NCBI GenBank assembly: GCA_012522955.1
Contig: JAAYJK010000026.1
Span: 1,637-65,636 of the forward strand
Length of the DNA: 64,000 nt
Direction: 5' to 3'
DNA from: Syntrophomonadaceae bacterium
Lineage (GTDB): Bacteria; Bacillota; Syntrophomonadia; Syntrophomonadales; Syntrophomonadaceae
Under the pieces are notes generated by a model. The model was not told the DNA's origin, made no database searches, and saw nothing but the letters and a program-made list of their open reading frames with translations. Position 1 is the stretch's first letter; every line of letters begins with the position of its first letter. Of the stretch, positions 9,727 to 18,803 are shown piece after piece. The translations under genes were made by a program, and so were the position numbers.

Positions 9727-10293
9727 TCAACTACCTTTATGAAGTAGATCTTCTATTAAAGACTCCATCTCTATTATTATCTTGTACATCTCGTCATCGA
9801 TGAGCAGATTGGCCCGACCCATTCTATAGGTTGGACAGTGCAGATTATAGTCTATGATCTTCTTGCTGATTTTTTCCAGATCTCTTCTTCTTTCCGCAAA
9901 GAAATAGGTTTTTCTGCCTTCATATCTGCTCACTGCCATTTTATCCCGTTTGCGGTTTTTTAGCACCATAGAGGTATAGCGTTTAAAGTAATCTATCTCC
10001 TGCTTTAACTTTTCCCAATCCCGGTCTATCTCTTTGCCCAGTTCTATCCAATAAGGAGCGAAATCATTGTCCTTAAGGATTTTATGGATCATCCTTACTT
10101 CCGGCGGTTCATAAGGATTTTCATCAAAGCGCAGGGGCTTGCCGGTGCCGTCCAGATTATCAAACTCTCCTTTTTCCATGGCCTGACGAATCTGATTTTC
10201 AACCAAATCCTGGGTACTGCTCATATAACGGGCTAATTTCTTGGATTTCTGTGCCTGAAGTTTAATTTCCTCTTCTATTGATTTATCACTCAC
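9727..10293 (-). CDS. DUF1992 (DnaJC28-like) protein
   Basis: 188 aa with the motif 'GEFDNLDGTGKPL'. Confidence 0.75.
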   Translation of the reverse strand: MSDKSIEEEIKLQAQKSKKLARYMSSTQDLVENQIRQAMEKGEFDNLDGTGKPLRFDENPYEPPEVRMIHKILKDNDFAPYWIELGKEIDRDWEKLKQEIDYFKRYTSMVLKNRKRDKMAVSRYEGRKTYFFAERRRDLEKISKKIIDYNLHCPTYRMGRANLLIDDEMYKIIIEMESLIEDLLHKGS

Positions 10294-10295
10294 TA

Positions 10296-10808
10296 TTAGT
10301 CCTCCCCCAGAACCGGCAAGTCTTGTAAACTGCTCAATCCGAACATCCTCAAGAATTCACTGCCAGTGCCGTATAGTATTGGTTTGCCCGGCACTGCTTT
10401 AAAACCTCTTTCTTCTATCAATCCCTTTTCCAGTAAACTGGCTATTACCCTTTCTGATTTTACCCCTCTTATATTTTCGATTTCAGATCTGGTCACCGGT
10501 TGGCGATAAGCGATAATAGCCAGGGTCTCCATGGCTGCGGTGGATAAGCGGCGGGGAGTGGTTTTTCCCATTTTAGCCAGTATATCCCCATATTCCGGTC
10601 GGGTACAAATAAGATAGCCCTTATCCAGCATGACTATTTGCAAACCCCTATTAGGGTTATTGTATTCTTCCATTAATTCTTCCAGTATTTCTTTTATATC
10701 TACTGGTGATAGTTCCAGCATCTCAGCCAGTTCATCCAATTCTATTTGTTCTGCTCGAACAAATAGTATGGCTTCAATGGCTGCTTTAATTTCATCTCGC
10801 ACTAACAT
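10296..10808 (-). CDS. scpB: segregation and condensation protein B
   Basis: 170 aa with 'AIIAYRQPVTRSEIENIRGV', typical of ScpB. Adjacent to scpA. Confidence 0.92.
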   Translation of the reverse strand: MLVRDEIKAAIEAILFVRAEQIELDELAEMLELSPVDIKEILEELMEEYNNPNRGLQIVMLDKGYLICTRPEYGDILAKMGKTTPRRLSTAAMETLAIIAYRQPVTRSEIENIRGVKSERVIASLLEKGLIEERGFKAVPGKPILYGTGSEFLRMFGLSSLQDLPVLGED

Positions 10809-11528
10809 CTATATCTCCACCTGTAAAAATACTTTTATCTGGGCCAAGGGGTTTTCCTGCTCAGCCCTCACCTTTTGGAGACGGATTAATTCCAGTAAAG
10901 CCAAAAACAGCGCCATCATTTCCCGTTTCCTGCTAATTCCGATAAAAAGGTCCTGGAAAACTATTTCCCCGGATGATAGTTGCAACCTTTCCAGTATTTC
11001 CTCCATCTTGCGCTCTATGTTAATATCCCCTTCAGGCAGAGCAAAAAGTTCTGCTCTCTCTTCCGGTATAGCAGTTAAAACCTTTTGATAAGCCCGAATT
11101 AATGCCTTCAATTCAACCCTTAACTCTGACTTGCCCGGTATTGGTTCAGCCGCAGTGCGGTAAAAAACCTGGAACCATTCCTCATTCTGCCTTGAACGGA
11201 GAAACTCGGCCGCCTTTTTGTAACGCCGGTATTCTAACAGTTTTTTGACTAATTCTTCTCGGAGATCAACTCCTTGCTCTTCCCCCCCTTCATCGTCATA
11301 GGAGGGTAAGAGCAGGCGAGACTTCATATTCAACAAGTAGGAAGCCATACTCAAAAAAGACCCTAAGTTTTCCAGATTAAAGTCCCCTGTAAGCTGCAGA
11401 TGCTGTAAATACTGTTCTGTGATGCTGGCAATGGGGATATCGTATATATCCACCTCATTACGATCTATCAAATACAGCAGGAGGTCCAAGGGTCCATGGA
11501 ATGCATCTAAATCCACCACATAAGTCAT
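10809..11528 (-). CDS. scpA: segregation and condensation protein A
   Basis: 239 aa with the N-terminal 'FHGPLDLLLYLI' kleisin motif. Confidence 0.92.
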   Translation of the reverse strand: MTYVVDLDAFHGPLDLLLYLIDRNEVDIYDIPIASITEQYLQHLQLTGDFNLENLGSFLSMASYLLNMKSRLLLPSYDDEGGEEQGVDLREELVKKLLEYRRYKKAAEFLRSRQNEEWFQVFYRTAAEPIPGKSELRVELKALIRAYQKVLTAIPEERAELFALPEGDINIERKMEEILERLQLSSGEIVFQDLFIGISRKREMMALFLALLELIRLQKVRAEQENPLAQIKVFLQVEI

Positions 11529-11543
11529 TGGTCACCATCTCAC

Positions 11544-12161
11544 TTAAAAAACCACTCCATACAACAGAGAATACAGTATCTCCGCCAAGGGCCCAAATAT
11601 TTTGGATGCGCTTCCAGTTATGATCAACAATAATAAGAGCAGGGGCCCATACTGTTCCAAGGAATACATTAAGCGGGCACCTGCATCCGGTAGCAGCCCG
11701 GCTAGGACTTTGGATCCATCCAGCGGAGGCACAGGTATAAGGTTAAAAGCAGCCAGAATTATATTGATACTGATCAAAGGAGCTATTATGGCTATACTAA
11801 TACTGCCCCATTGGCTTAGCTGATAAGGCAAAAGTAATTTTAATAAAACCAAACCCACCAAGGCCAGCAGAAGATTCATCAAGGGCCCAGCCAGTGATAC
11901 CAGCATCATACCCTTTTTATATCCAACATTGCGAAACTTATTGGGATTTACCTGTACTGGTTTAGCCCAGCCGAAGTGAAATATGAACAACATAGCAAAT
12001 CCTATCCAATCTATATGGGGCACTGGATTCAAAGTTAAACGACCTTGATAATAGGGTGTATCATCTCCCAATAGATCAGCTACCTTGCCATGGGCATACT
12101 CATGAAAGGTCAATGCGATTAATATGGCTGGCAGGGCTATCAGCATTTCCATTATCTGCAT
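11544..12161 (-). CDS. site-2 protease family (peptidase M50) membrane protein
   Basis: 205 aa with 'HEYAHG' (HExxH) and 'NLIPVPPLDGSKV'. Confidence 0.85.
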   Translation of the reverse strand: MQIMEMLIALPAILIALTFHEYAHGKVADLLGDDTPYYQGRLTLNPVPHIDWIGFAMLFIFHFGWAKPVQVNPNKFRNVGYKKGMMLVSLAGPLMNLLLALVGLVLLKLLLPYQLSQWGSISIAIIAPLISINIILAAFNLIPVPPLDGSKVLAGLLPDAGARLMYSLEQYGPLLLLLLIITGSASKIFGPLAEILYSLLYGVVF

Positions 12162-14784
12162 TAATATATTCTTCCTCCTCGATTATCTTCCTAAGATACT
12201 CCAACTCCTGCTCCTTATTCTTAATTATTCCATCCAGTTTCCGTTTATACAGCTCCCTCAGGATTATACTGTACTGGGGACCAGGCTTTAAGCCCAGGTG
12301 CTGTAGATCATGTCCGCTTAATCCCAGTTTAATATCGGCCTTTAAATCCAGATATTGAACCAGCTGCTGCCAAATATTTTCATCTTTTATACAGCGCAAG
12401 AGGTAAATAATACCTTCCTGGGTCCAGGAAGCTATGTAATCATCAATAAAGCTGGGGGGAAGATGCTCCTGCTGACGAAAGTGCTCTAGCAATTCCGGAG
12501 CCTTATAGGCTTCCTCCATAGATTTTAATACCTGACGGGAGGTGTAAAACCTTTGTACCGCAGCCAAGCCCTTTTCCTGTTCCAATTCGGACAAGATAAG
12601 CATCAAATAGATCAACCATTGTTGTATGCCGGTCATATGATATCTTTCATGCCACCAAGCAATAATAACCGGCACCCTTCTCAGTTCAATCCAATCCAAT
12701 TGCTGTAAATCAACTTCAGGAAATATATAAGTCCATACCCCTATCTCTTTCATGCGATCCAATGAAGGTACCGGATCTTTCTCCTCCAGAATCAGTACCA
12801 ATTCGTGCATTATGCGAGCATACGAGAGTTTATCCAAAATCCTGCGGGCCACTGCATCCCGGGCAAATTTGAGAGTATCTGCTTCTATAGTAAACTTGTA
12901 TCTCTGCTCAAAACGAATTGCTCTTAAGATCCGAGTAGGGTCTTCAACAAAACTCAAATTGTATAATACTTTTATGATTCCTTTTTCTAAGTCTTTGCGA
13001 CCACCAAAATAGTCTATAAGATCACCAAATTTTGTGGGATTTAAGGCTACTGCCAGGGTATTTATGGTAAAGTCTCTTCTGTATAAATCCTCTTTTATAG
13101 AGGCCCGCTCCACCCGGGGCAGGGCGGCGGGGAATTCATAAAACTCAGTACGAGCAGTAGCTACATCCACTTTAAGCCCATCGGGAAGAGTTATAACTGC
13201 AGTCTTAAATCTCTCATGAATTTTGGCTTTTCCCCCTAACCTTTCAGCCAGTTGGTTGGCCAATACTATACCATCACCTTCTACTACCAGATCAACATCG
13301 AAGTTGGGCAGCCGCAGGAAAAGATCACGGACAAATCCTCCCACACAGTATACCCCACAGTTTAGTTCTTCTGCTACTTGACCGGCCAACCTTAAGGTGG
13401 ACAGTATCCGGGCGGGGAGTCGGTCTTGCATCAGATCAAGACAGTTTTCCTGTTCCAGGGGACCAGCTGAGTATAGTACTGTGTGATCCTCGGGATATTC
13501 ATCACCATGCAGAGTTCTAAGAATATCAGTACGGGAAACAATTCCATAAAGCCTGCCATTTTCTACAATGGGTAAACGTCCTATATCGTATTCCACCATT
13601 ACTTTTTGAATCTGGTTAACCGGAGTATCCGGAGTTGCGGTCAAGACTCCGCTGGTCATAAACCCCTTTACCGGCGCATGAGCCAGTTCATGGATTTTGG
13701 CTTTCTCCACATCCCGCCGGGAAATCACTCCTATCATTCGATCTCCCTCCACCACAGGCATACCGGTATGCCCATAGCGAAGCATAGTTTTCCCAGCTTC
13801 TTCCATACTAATATCTCCAGCCAGGGTTTTCACTGGAGTGGACATTATATCACGGGCCAGCAATCCTGGTTTTGCCAGGCATTCTGCTTCCGTCAATATC
13901 CTTTTTATAATCCCTTCCAGATCGATATCCTTGACTATGGCCGAAGCTGCTTTGGCATGACCTCGCCCCCCAAAACTCTGCAAAACCTCGTTAACATTTA
14001 TATTGTTGCTGCGGCTTCTCCCCACTACGTAAGTCTTGCCTTTCATAGCCGCCGCCACAAAGGCTACTTCCCCGTTTTCAACTTCCAGCAGGCGATAGGT
14101 CAGAGCATCCAAGCCTTGTACGAACTCATCGGTAGTAGTATAAGAGATAATAATATCGGTGTTTTTTATATTATAATGATGGGTATTCTTCATTAAGTCC
14201 TGCAAGACCAGTCTTTGCTCACCGGAAAAGGACTGTTCCATAAAGTTGGCTACCACTGAAAGATTTGCCCCTGCCCCTAGCAGGAAAGCTGCTGCTTCAA
14301 TATCCCGGGGGGTAGTAGAGGTAAATAAAAGACTCCCGGTATCCTCATAAATACCCAAGGCCAGAATAGTCGCATCAAAGGGGCTAATACTGATGCCCTG
14401 GCTTTTTATTTCTTCTACTAATATAGTAGTGGCAGCTCCTACCTTATGTATTTCCACCTTCTCCCCCAGCAGGTTATCTTCTGCTTCCGGATGATGGTCA
14501 TAAATAATAAACTCCATCTGGGGGCGAGCAGCAATACTTTTCAAATGTCCCAGCCGATTAATGTTGGCGGTATCTACCACGATCATGCATTGTACCTGAT
14601 CCAAATCCAACTCTTTGGGCGTTTTTATATGGATCAAGTCTTTATATAAAGCCATAAACTTTTTCACATGGCGGGACAAAGTCCCGGAAAAAACCTGGAC
14701 TGCTTGGGGATATATAATATTGGCAGCAACCATGGAAGCCAGGCCATCGAAATCCAAGGCATTATGTGAAGTAATAATAACCAA
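12100..14784 (-). CDS. DHH/DHHA1 phosphoesterase, 2 CBS domains and poly(A) polymerase/tRNA nucleotidyltransferase fusion protein
   Basis: 894 aa. N-terminal 'SHNALDFDGLASM' (DHH), central CBS pair, then 'VYCVGGFVRDLFL...DVDLVVEGD' (PolyA_pol head domain). TTG start after AGGAGG. Confidence 0.88.
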   Translation of the reverse strand: MVIITSHNALDFDGLASMVAANIIYPQAVQVFSGTLSRHVKKFMALYKDLIHIKTPKELDLDQVQCMIVVDTANINRLGHLKSIAARPQMEFIIYDHHPEAEDNLLGEKVEIHKVGAATTILVEEIKSQGISISPFDATILALGIYEDTGSLLFTSTTPRDIEAAAFLLGAGANLSVVANFMEQSFSGEQRLVLQDLMKNTHHYNIKNTDIIISYTTTDEFVQGLDALTYRLLEVENGEVAFVAAAMKGKTYVVGRSRSNNINVNEVLQSFGGRGHAKAASAIVKDIDLEGIIKRILTEAECLAKPGLLARDIMSTPVKTLAGDISMEEAGKTMLRYGHTGMPVVEGDRMIGVISRRDVEKAKIHELAHAPVKGFMTSGVLTATPDTPVNQIQKVMVEYDIGRLPIVENGRLYGIVSRTDILRTLHGDEYPEDHTVLYSAGPLEQENCLDLMQDRLPARILSTLRLAGQVAEELNCGVYCVGGFVRDLFLRLPNFDVDLVVEGDGIVLANQLAERLGGKAKIHERFKTAVITLPDGLKVDVATARTEFYEFPAALPRVERASIKEDLYRRDFTINTLAVALNPTKFGDLIDYFGGRKDLEKGIIKVLYNLSFVEDPTRILRAIRFEQRYKFTIEADTLKFARDAVARRILDKLSYARIMHELVLILEEKDPVPSLDRMKEIGVWTYIFPEVDLQQLDWIELRRVPVIIAWWHERYHMTGIQQWLIYLMLILSELEQEKGLAAVQRFYTSRQVLKSMEEAYKAPELLEHFRQQEHLPPSFIDDYIASWTQEGIIYLLRCIKDENIWQQLVQYLDLKADIKLGLSGHDLQHLGLKPGPQYSIILRELYKRKLDGIIKNKEQELEYLRKIIEEEEYINADNGNADSPASHINRIDLS

Positions 14785-15046
14785 GTGCTTATACCTCCTA
14801 AAAGATATATGAATTATAACATACCTTCTAGGGGTGTGGCACCCGGCCCCTATCGAATGATCCTGTTAATATCTATGGGAGCTTATCTCTTTCCTAATAA
14901 GATCCAAGACCTTGCTTCTAATTCAAGAGTGTATTTACTTCTCCCAGCCTGACATATCCCGGGAGGAAATTGAACAGGCCATTATCAAAGCTGGAAAGGC
15001 TAAATGATGATTCCCCTACGAAAAGTAATATATCGCGGGTCTGGAT

Positions 15047-15095
15047 GCAAAAATTAAAAGGAGCTGTTACCGAAACTCAGGCTTCGGACCAGCTC
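15047..15095 (-). terminator. rho-independent terminator downstream of the LapA-like gene
   Basis: On the minus strand GAGCTG..CCGAA-loop-TTCGG..CAGCTC forms a composite stem, followed by CTTTTAATTTTT. Confidence 0.65.
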
Positions 15096-15106
15096 TCCCG
15101 TGAGGT

Positions 15107-15128
15107 CTGTAGGGGCGACCTGTGGTCG
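15107..15128. repeat. REP-like GC-rich palindromic element, copy 1
   Basis: CTGTAGGGGCGACCTGTGGTCG. The GGGCGACC/GGTCGCCC 8-bp hairpin is much more GC-rich than its surroundings. Confidence 0.6.
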
Positions 15129-15182
15129 CCCGCCTGTGGTAATTGGTCACTCCACATTGTAATCATAGTTTTCGCTGCAGGC

Positions 15183-15204
15183 CTGTAAGGTCGACCTGTG
15201 ATCG
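15183..15204. repeat. REP-like element, copy 2 (degenerate)
   Basis: CTGTAAGGTCGACCTGTGATCG matches copy 1 at 19 of 22 positions and lies 76 nt away in the same orientation. Confidence 0.55.
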
Positions 15205-15208
15205 AGAA

Positions 15209-15538
15209 TTATTCATCAGTTGCTGAAGCCGCCGCTTCCTTATCCGCCACCACGGTATTTGCCTGCACCGATGACTGCATGGATTGATTTATCTTCTCCA
15301 GCTTCTTGTTGCTGGTTTTTAATTCCCTGATGGTTTTTGCCACCTTAAAAAACCTAACAGTATCCAGTAAAAAAGTTATTAAAGCTCCAGCTATTACCGC
15401 TGCCAGAACTATAATTCCCAGTTGTATTTCGGGGGAGTTCCAGCCCAGAAACTGAACCATTACCAGGGTTGGATTCTGAAAGATGAAGACCGCTATAACT
15501 ATCAGACATACCAATGCTACAAATAGATAAATCTGCAT
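15209..15538 (-). CDS. LapA/DUF1049 family small membrane protein
   Basis: 109 aa with two N-terminal TM helices and a coiled, charged tail. Confidence 0.7.
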   Translation of the reverse strand: MQIYLFVALVCLIVIAVFIFQNPTLVMVQFLGWNSPEIQLGIIVLAAVIAGALITFLLDTVRFFKVAKTIRELKTSNKKLEKINQSMQSSVQANTVVADKEAAASATDE

Positions 15539-15575
15539 TTTAGCCCTTCTTTCTATTACTCTTCAACTCTCTTTA

Positions 15576-15604
15576 ATTATAGGACCTGCTTCATCATAAT
15601 ACAA
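15576..15604 (-). promoter_or_regulatory. sigma-A-type promoter for the LapA-like gene
   Basis: Minus strand reads TTGTAT, a 17-nt spacer, then TATAAT. It lies about 35 nt upstream of the start codon. Confidence 0.5.
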
Positions 15605-15619
15605 ATACTTTTTAGTTTT

Positions 15620-16474
15620 TCAATCTGGCTCCACATGAATCAGCACATGACTATAATTGAGTTTCTGTTGAATCCTCAGCTCAATAGTATCGCACAGATC
15701 ATGGGCTTCCTCAATACTCATCTCCGGTTGCACTACCAGGTGCATATCAATGTGGAGATCCCTTCCCGCTTTGCGACTCCTTAGATCATGATACTCGATG
15801 AATTGTCCCTTAAGGTCTTCCAAGACTTCGGTAACCGTATCTATAGTATCTTCATCGGCGGCGGTGTCCAGCAAAGGCAAAAAGGCCTTTTGCAATAGAT
15901 TAAAGGCTGCTTTAATTATTAGTAAGGCTACCAGTATGGCTATAATAGGGTCCAATATCCAGTGGCCGCTTAATTGAATCAGCCCCAATCCTGCCATCAC
16001 TCCCAGAGAAGTATAGACATCTGTGCGCAGGTGAATACCGTCTGCTTCCAAGGCTACCGACTCTTGTTCCTTGCCGACTTTCAGTAAATAGCTGGAAACC
16101 AGGAAGTTTAACCCAGCCGATCCCCCCATGACCACTATACCCCAGCCCGGCTCCAGTATTTCACCGCCATACCTAAGTTTTTCAATGGATTCCGAGATAA
16201 TAAAGGCAGCGGCCATAAATATCAATATGGCCTCTACCGTCCCAGCAATGTTTTCCACTTTGCCATGCCCATAAGGATGCTCCTTATCCGGTGGTTGAGC
16301 AGATTTTCTCACTGCCCACAGAGCAATAAAAGAAGCCAGCAAATCATTGGCCGAATGTATAGCTTCTGATATTACACTGACCGATCCAATTATAGAGCCT
16401 ACCACCAGTTTTCCTGCAGTCAAGGCCATATTACTGGCTACCGACAGCCCGGCCGCTTTAACCTTTATATCCAT
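15620..16474 (-). CDS. cation diffusion facilitator (CDF) family transporter
   Basis: I trimmed the ORF to the internal ATG (MDIKVKAAG...), which is preceded by a G-rich SD. Six TM helices and a C-terminal cytoplasmic domain ('HIDMHLVV', 'VLIHVEP'). The 36-codon N-terminal extension in the ORF track runs through the secF terminator. Confidence 0.85.
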   Translation of the reverse strand: MDIKVKAAGLSVASNMALTAGKLVVGSIIGSVSVISEAIHSANDLLASFIALWAVRKSAQPPDKEHPYGHGKVENIAGTVEAILIFMAAAFIISESIEKLRYGGEILEPGWGIVVMGGSAGLNFLVSSYLLKVGKEQESVALEADGIHLRTDVYTSLGVMAGLGLIQLSGHWILDPIIAILVALLIIKAAFNLLQKAFLPLLDTAADEDTIDTVTEVLEDLKGQFIEYHDLRSRKAGRDLHIDMHLVVQPEMSIEEAHDLCDTIELRIQQKLNYSHVLIHVEPD

Positions 16475-16567
16475 GGTCCCCCCCCCCTTGGACCTTGCGG
16501 CTATAGCTTGAGCTTTCCAGCCTCTTAAAGCCATAAAGCCATTTTGAAACTTTCCCTCTTGAGATGT

Positions 16568-16597
16568 AAAAAGGGACTTCACTTACCATGAAGTCCC
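16568..16597 (-). terminator. rho-independent terminator downstream of secF
   Basis: Minus-strand GGGACTTCA-loop-TGAAGTCCC (9 bp) followed by TTTTT. Confidence 0.8.
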
Positions 16598-16703
16598 ACA
16601 GATGATCCTGCTGCTCGCTAGAGCCCAGCCTAAAGCCTGACCATTTCAATGTATTATTTTGCTTATTTTACCATATGTTTAATCTTATGTCAGCCCTTAA
16701 ATA

Positions 16704-17543
16704 TTATACCGCCTTTTTTATTTCATACCAAAGGGGGCTGGCAATAAATATGGAGCTATAGGCTCCCACTGCGAATCCTATCAGCATGGCCGCCACAAAA
16801 AACTTGATGGTGGCTCCACCCAGCAAAAGCAGGGCTAAAAGGGTAAAAGCAGAAGTGAGTACCGTATTAATGGACCGATTAAGGGTCTGCATGATGCTGG
16901 TGTTAAGCAAATCCTGATAATCCGGACGGCGATTCTTTTTCAGGTTTTCCCGCACTCGGTCAAATATAACTATGGTGTCATTAATGCTGTACCCAATTAC
17001 GGTTAGAATAGCAGCAACAAAGGCACTATTAATTTCCCATTGCATAATCGAGAATACCCCTAGAACCACCAGCACGTTGTGGAGTATGGCCAGAACTGCG
17101 GCTATCCCAAATGTCCACTCAAAGCGCACCGTTATATAGATCAACATCAATAGTGCAGCTAAACCCAGAGCCAAAAAGGCATTACGGGTAAGTTCACTGC
17201 CGATGGTAGCTCCAACTGTATCGGAACTCAAAAATGTTACCTTATCAAATTTGCTGCCCAGGGCTTGCATAATTTCATTAGATCTTTCCTGGCTTAATAC
17301 TTCGGTACGAATATAGAACTCATCTCCGCTCTTCTGCACTTCACCGCGATCCAGGTCGAATTCAGTAAGTACGGTTCTGACCTGAGCTGAAGTAACTGCA
17401 TTATCTATCTTGACGTGCAGTATGGAACCACCCTTAAAATCAATGCCCTGATTGAGCCCTTGAAAAAGCAGGGAAACTAATCCTGGTATGATTATTAATA
17501 AAGAGATAATGTAGAATATTTTTCTCTTCTGTATTATTTGCAT
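16704..17543 (-). CDS. secF: protein translocase subunit SecF
   Basis: 279 aa with 'GIDFKGGS' and a six-TM C-terminal domain. Confidence 0.93.
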   Translation of the reverse strand: MQIIQKRKIFYIISLLIIIPGLVSLLFQGLNQGIDFKGGSILHVKIDNAVTSAQVRTVLTEFDLDRGEVQKSGDEFYIRTEVLSQERSNEIMQALGSKFDKVTFLSSDTVGATIGSELTRNAFLALGLAALLMLIYITVRFEWTFGIAAVLAILHNVLVVLGVFSIMQWEINSAFVAAILTVIGYSINDTIVIFDRVRENLKKNRRPDYQDLLNTSIMQTLNRSINTVLTSAFTLLALLLLGGATIKFFVAAMLIGFAVGAYSSIFIASPLWYEIKKAV

Positions 17544-17557
17544 CTTGCTGCCCTCCT

Positions 17558-18760
17558 TTATACCCCGTACAGTTTCTTATTATTACTCAGGTTGGCTGAT
17601 AATAATAGCAGGTAACGGGTGAATGTCAATGCAACCGCCAAGCTGGCAACAATACCAATGGACAGGGTTACTGCAAAGCCTTTGATAGGACCGGTACCAA
17701 AATACATAAGAACCATAGCGGTTATCAAGGTAGTAACATTGGCATCGAATATGGTCCAAAAGGCTCTTTTAAAACCAGAATCAATGGCTGATCGCAAGGT
17801 CTTGCCTAAACGCAATTCTTCCTTTATTCGCTCATATATAATTACGTTGGCGTCTACAGCCATACCTATAGATAGGGCAAAACCTGCAATACCTGGCAAA
17901 GTGAGCACGGCTCCCATCAAACTCATGGTTCCCAGAACCAGAACCGCATAAAGGAGTAAGGATAAATCAGCTATTGCACCCGGTAGACGGTAGAAGCCTA
18001 TCATAAACAGCAGTACTGCGATAATACCTATAAGGCCAGCTTTTATACTTTTATCCAGAGATTCCGAACCCAGGGTAGGCCCGATTGATCTTTTCTCCAT
18101 TATCTCCAAAGTAACTGGCAAAGCACCTGATCTCAATAAAACAGCCAGGTCATTGGCTTCCTTAGCCGTAAATTGGCCTTCAATTACTGCATTGCCATCG
18201 GTGATGGCGACGCTCACGGTTGGGGCACTTATAATCTCCTCGTCAATTACTATCAGTAGAGGCTTGCCTACATTGGCAGTAGTTGCTTGTTTAAACAATT
18301 CAGCCCCTTCACTGTCAAAGTTCAGAAGTACCTCACCCTGTTGATTATCGCTCCTTACTCGAGCCTGGGCATCTTTGAGGTTTTTCCCGGTTAAGAGCAC
18401 ATTACCCTGCTCATCCCAGAATTCCAACTGGGCCGTATTCTTTAATATGTTCACAGCTGCCTCAGGATCATCTTCCCCGGCTATCTCAATGACTACCCGG
18501 TCATCCCCCTGGGGATATAGAGTAGTTTCTTTAACCCCCAGACTATCGACCCTCTCACGAATGATACCAACTGCTTTTTGTAGGGTATCCTCAGTGACCT
18601 TTTCTCCTTCACTTTCCTGAGCCTGTAAAACTACCCTTAATCCCCCTCTTAAATCCAATCCCAGATTGATAGAGCTTAAGATGGGTTGATAGGTAAAGAA
18701 AACAAAAATACCCAGAACAGCTACTAGGGCCACTATAATAATACTGGATTTTGTCTGCAC
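17558..18760 (-). CDS. secD: protein translocase subunit SecD
   Basis: 400 aa with 'LGLDLRGG' and a periplasmic domain followed by a six-TM domain. GTG start after GGAGGAAA. Confidence 0.93.
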   Translation of the reverse strand: MQTKSSIIIVALVAVLGIFVFFTYQPILSSINLGLDLRGGLRVVLQAQESEGEKVTEDTLQKAVGIIRERVDSLGVKETTLYPQGDDRVVIEIAGEDDPEAAVNILKNTAQLEFWDEQGNVLLTGKNLKDAQARVRSDNQQGEVLLNFDSEGAELFKQATTANVGKPLLIVIDEEIISAPTVSVAITDGNAVIEGQFTAKEANDLAVLLRSGALPVTLEIMEKRSIGPTLGSESLDKSIKAGLIGIIAVLLFMIGFYRLPGAIADLSLLLYAVLVLGTMSLMGAVLTLPGIAGFALSIGMAVDANVIIYERIKEELRLGKTLRSAIDSGFKRAFWTIFDANVTTLITAMVLMYFGTGPIKGFAVTLSIGIVASLAVALTFTRYLLLLSANLSNNKKLYGV

Positions 18761-18803
18761 CAGTATTTCCTCCTTCCAACTATCTACTTATCACTTGGCT
18801 GGT

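Noticed and set aside
14970-15188. 72-aa plus-strand ORF in the LapA/DHH intergenic region. A second protein-like frame ends ...SREEIEQAIIKAGKAK* at 15007.
   Set aside because: The 72-aa ORF runs through the minus-strand terminator and the two REP-like hairpins, and its TTG is only 3 nt from the SD-like GGAGG. The other frame has no ATG or GTG start and no SD. I treat both as non-coding, or at most a decayed fragment.
16475-16703. Possible czcD/NiCo metal riboswitch upstream of the CDF transporter. The string CATCTGTGGGAC resembles the 3' part of the NiCo consensus as I recall it.
   Set aside because: The GGGAC block is part of a clean 9-bp hairpin plus T-run, which is best explained as the secF terminator. 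I could not find the rest of the four-way-junction consensus (repeated GGGACAG and similar). About 95 nt without matching features remain before the start codon.
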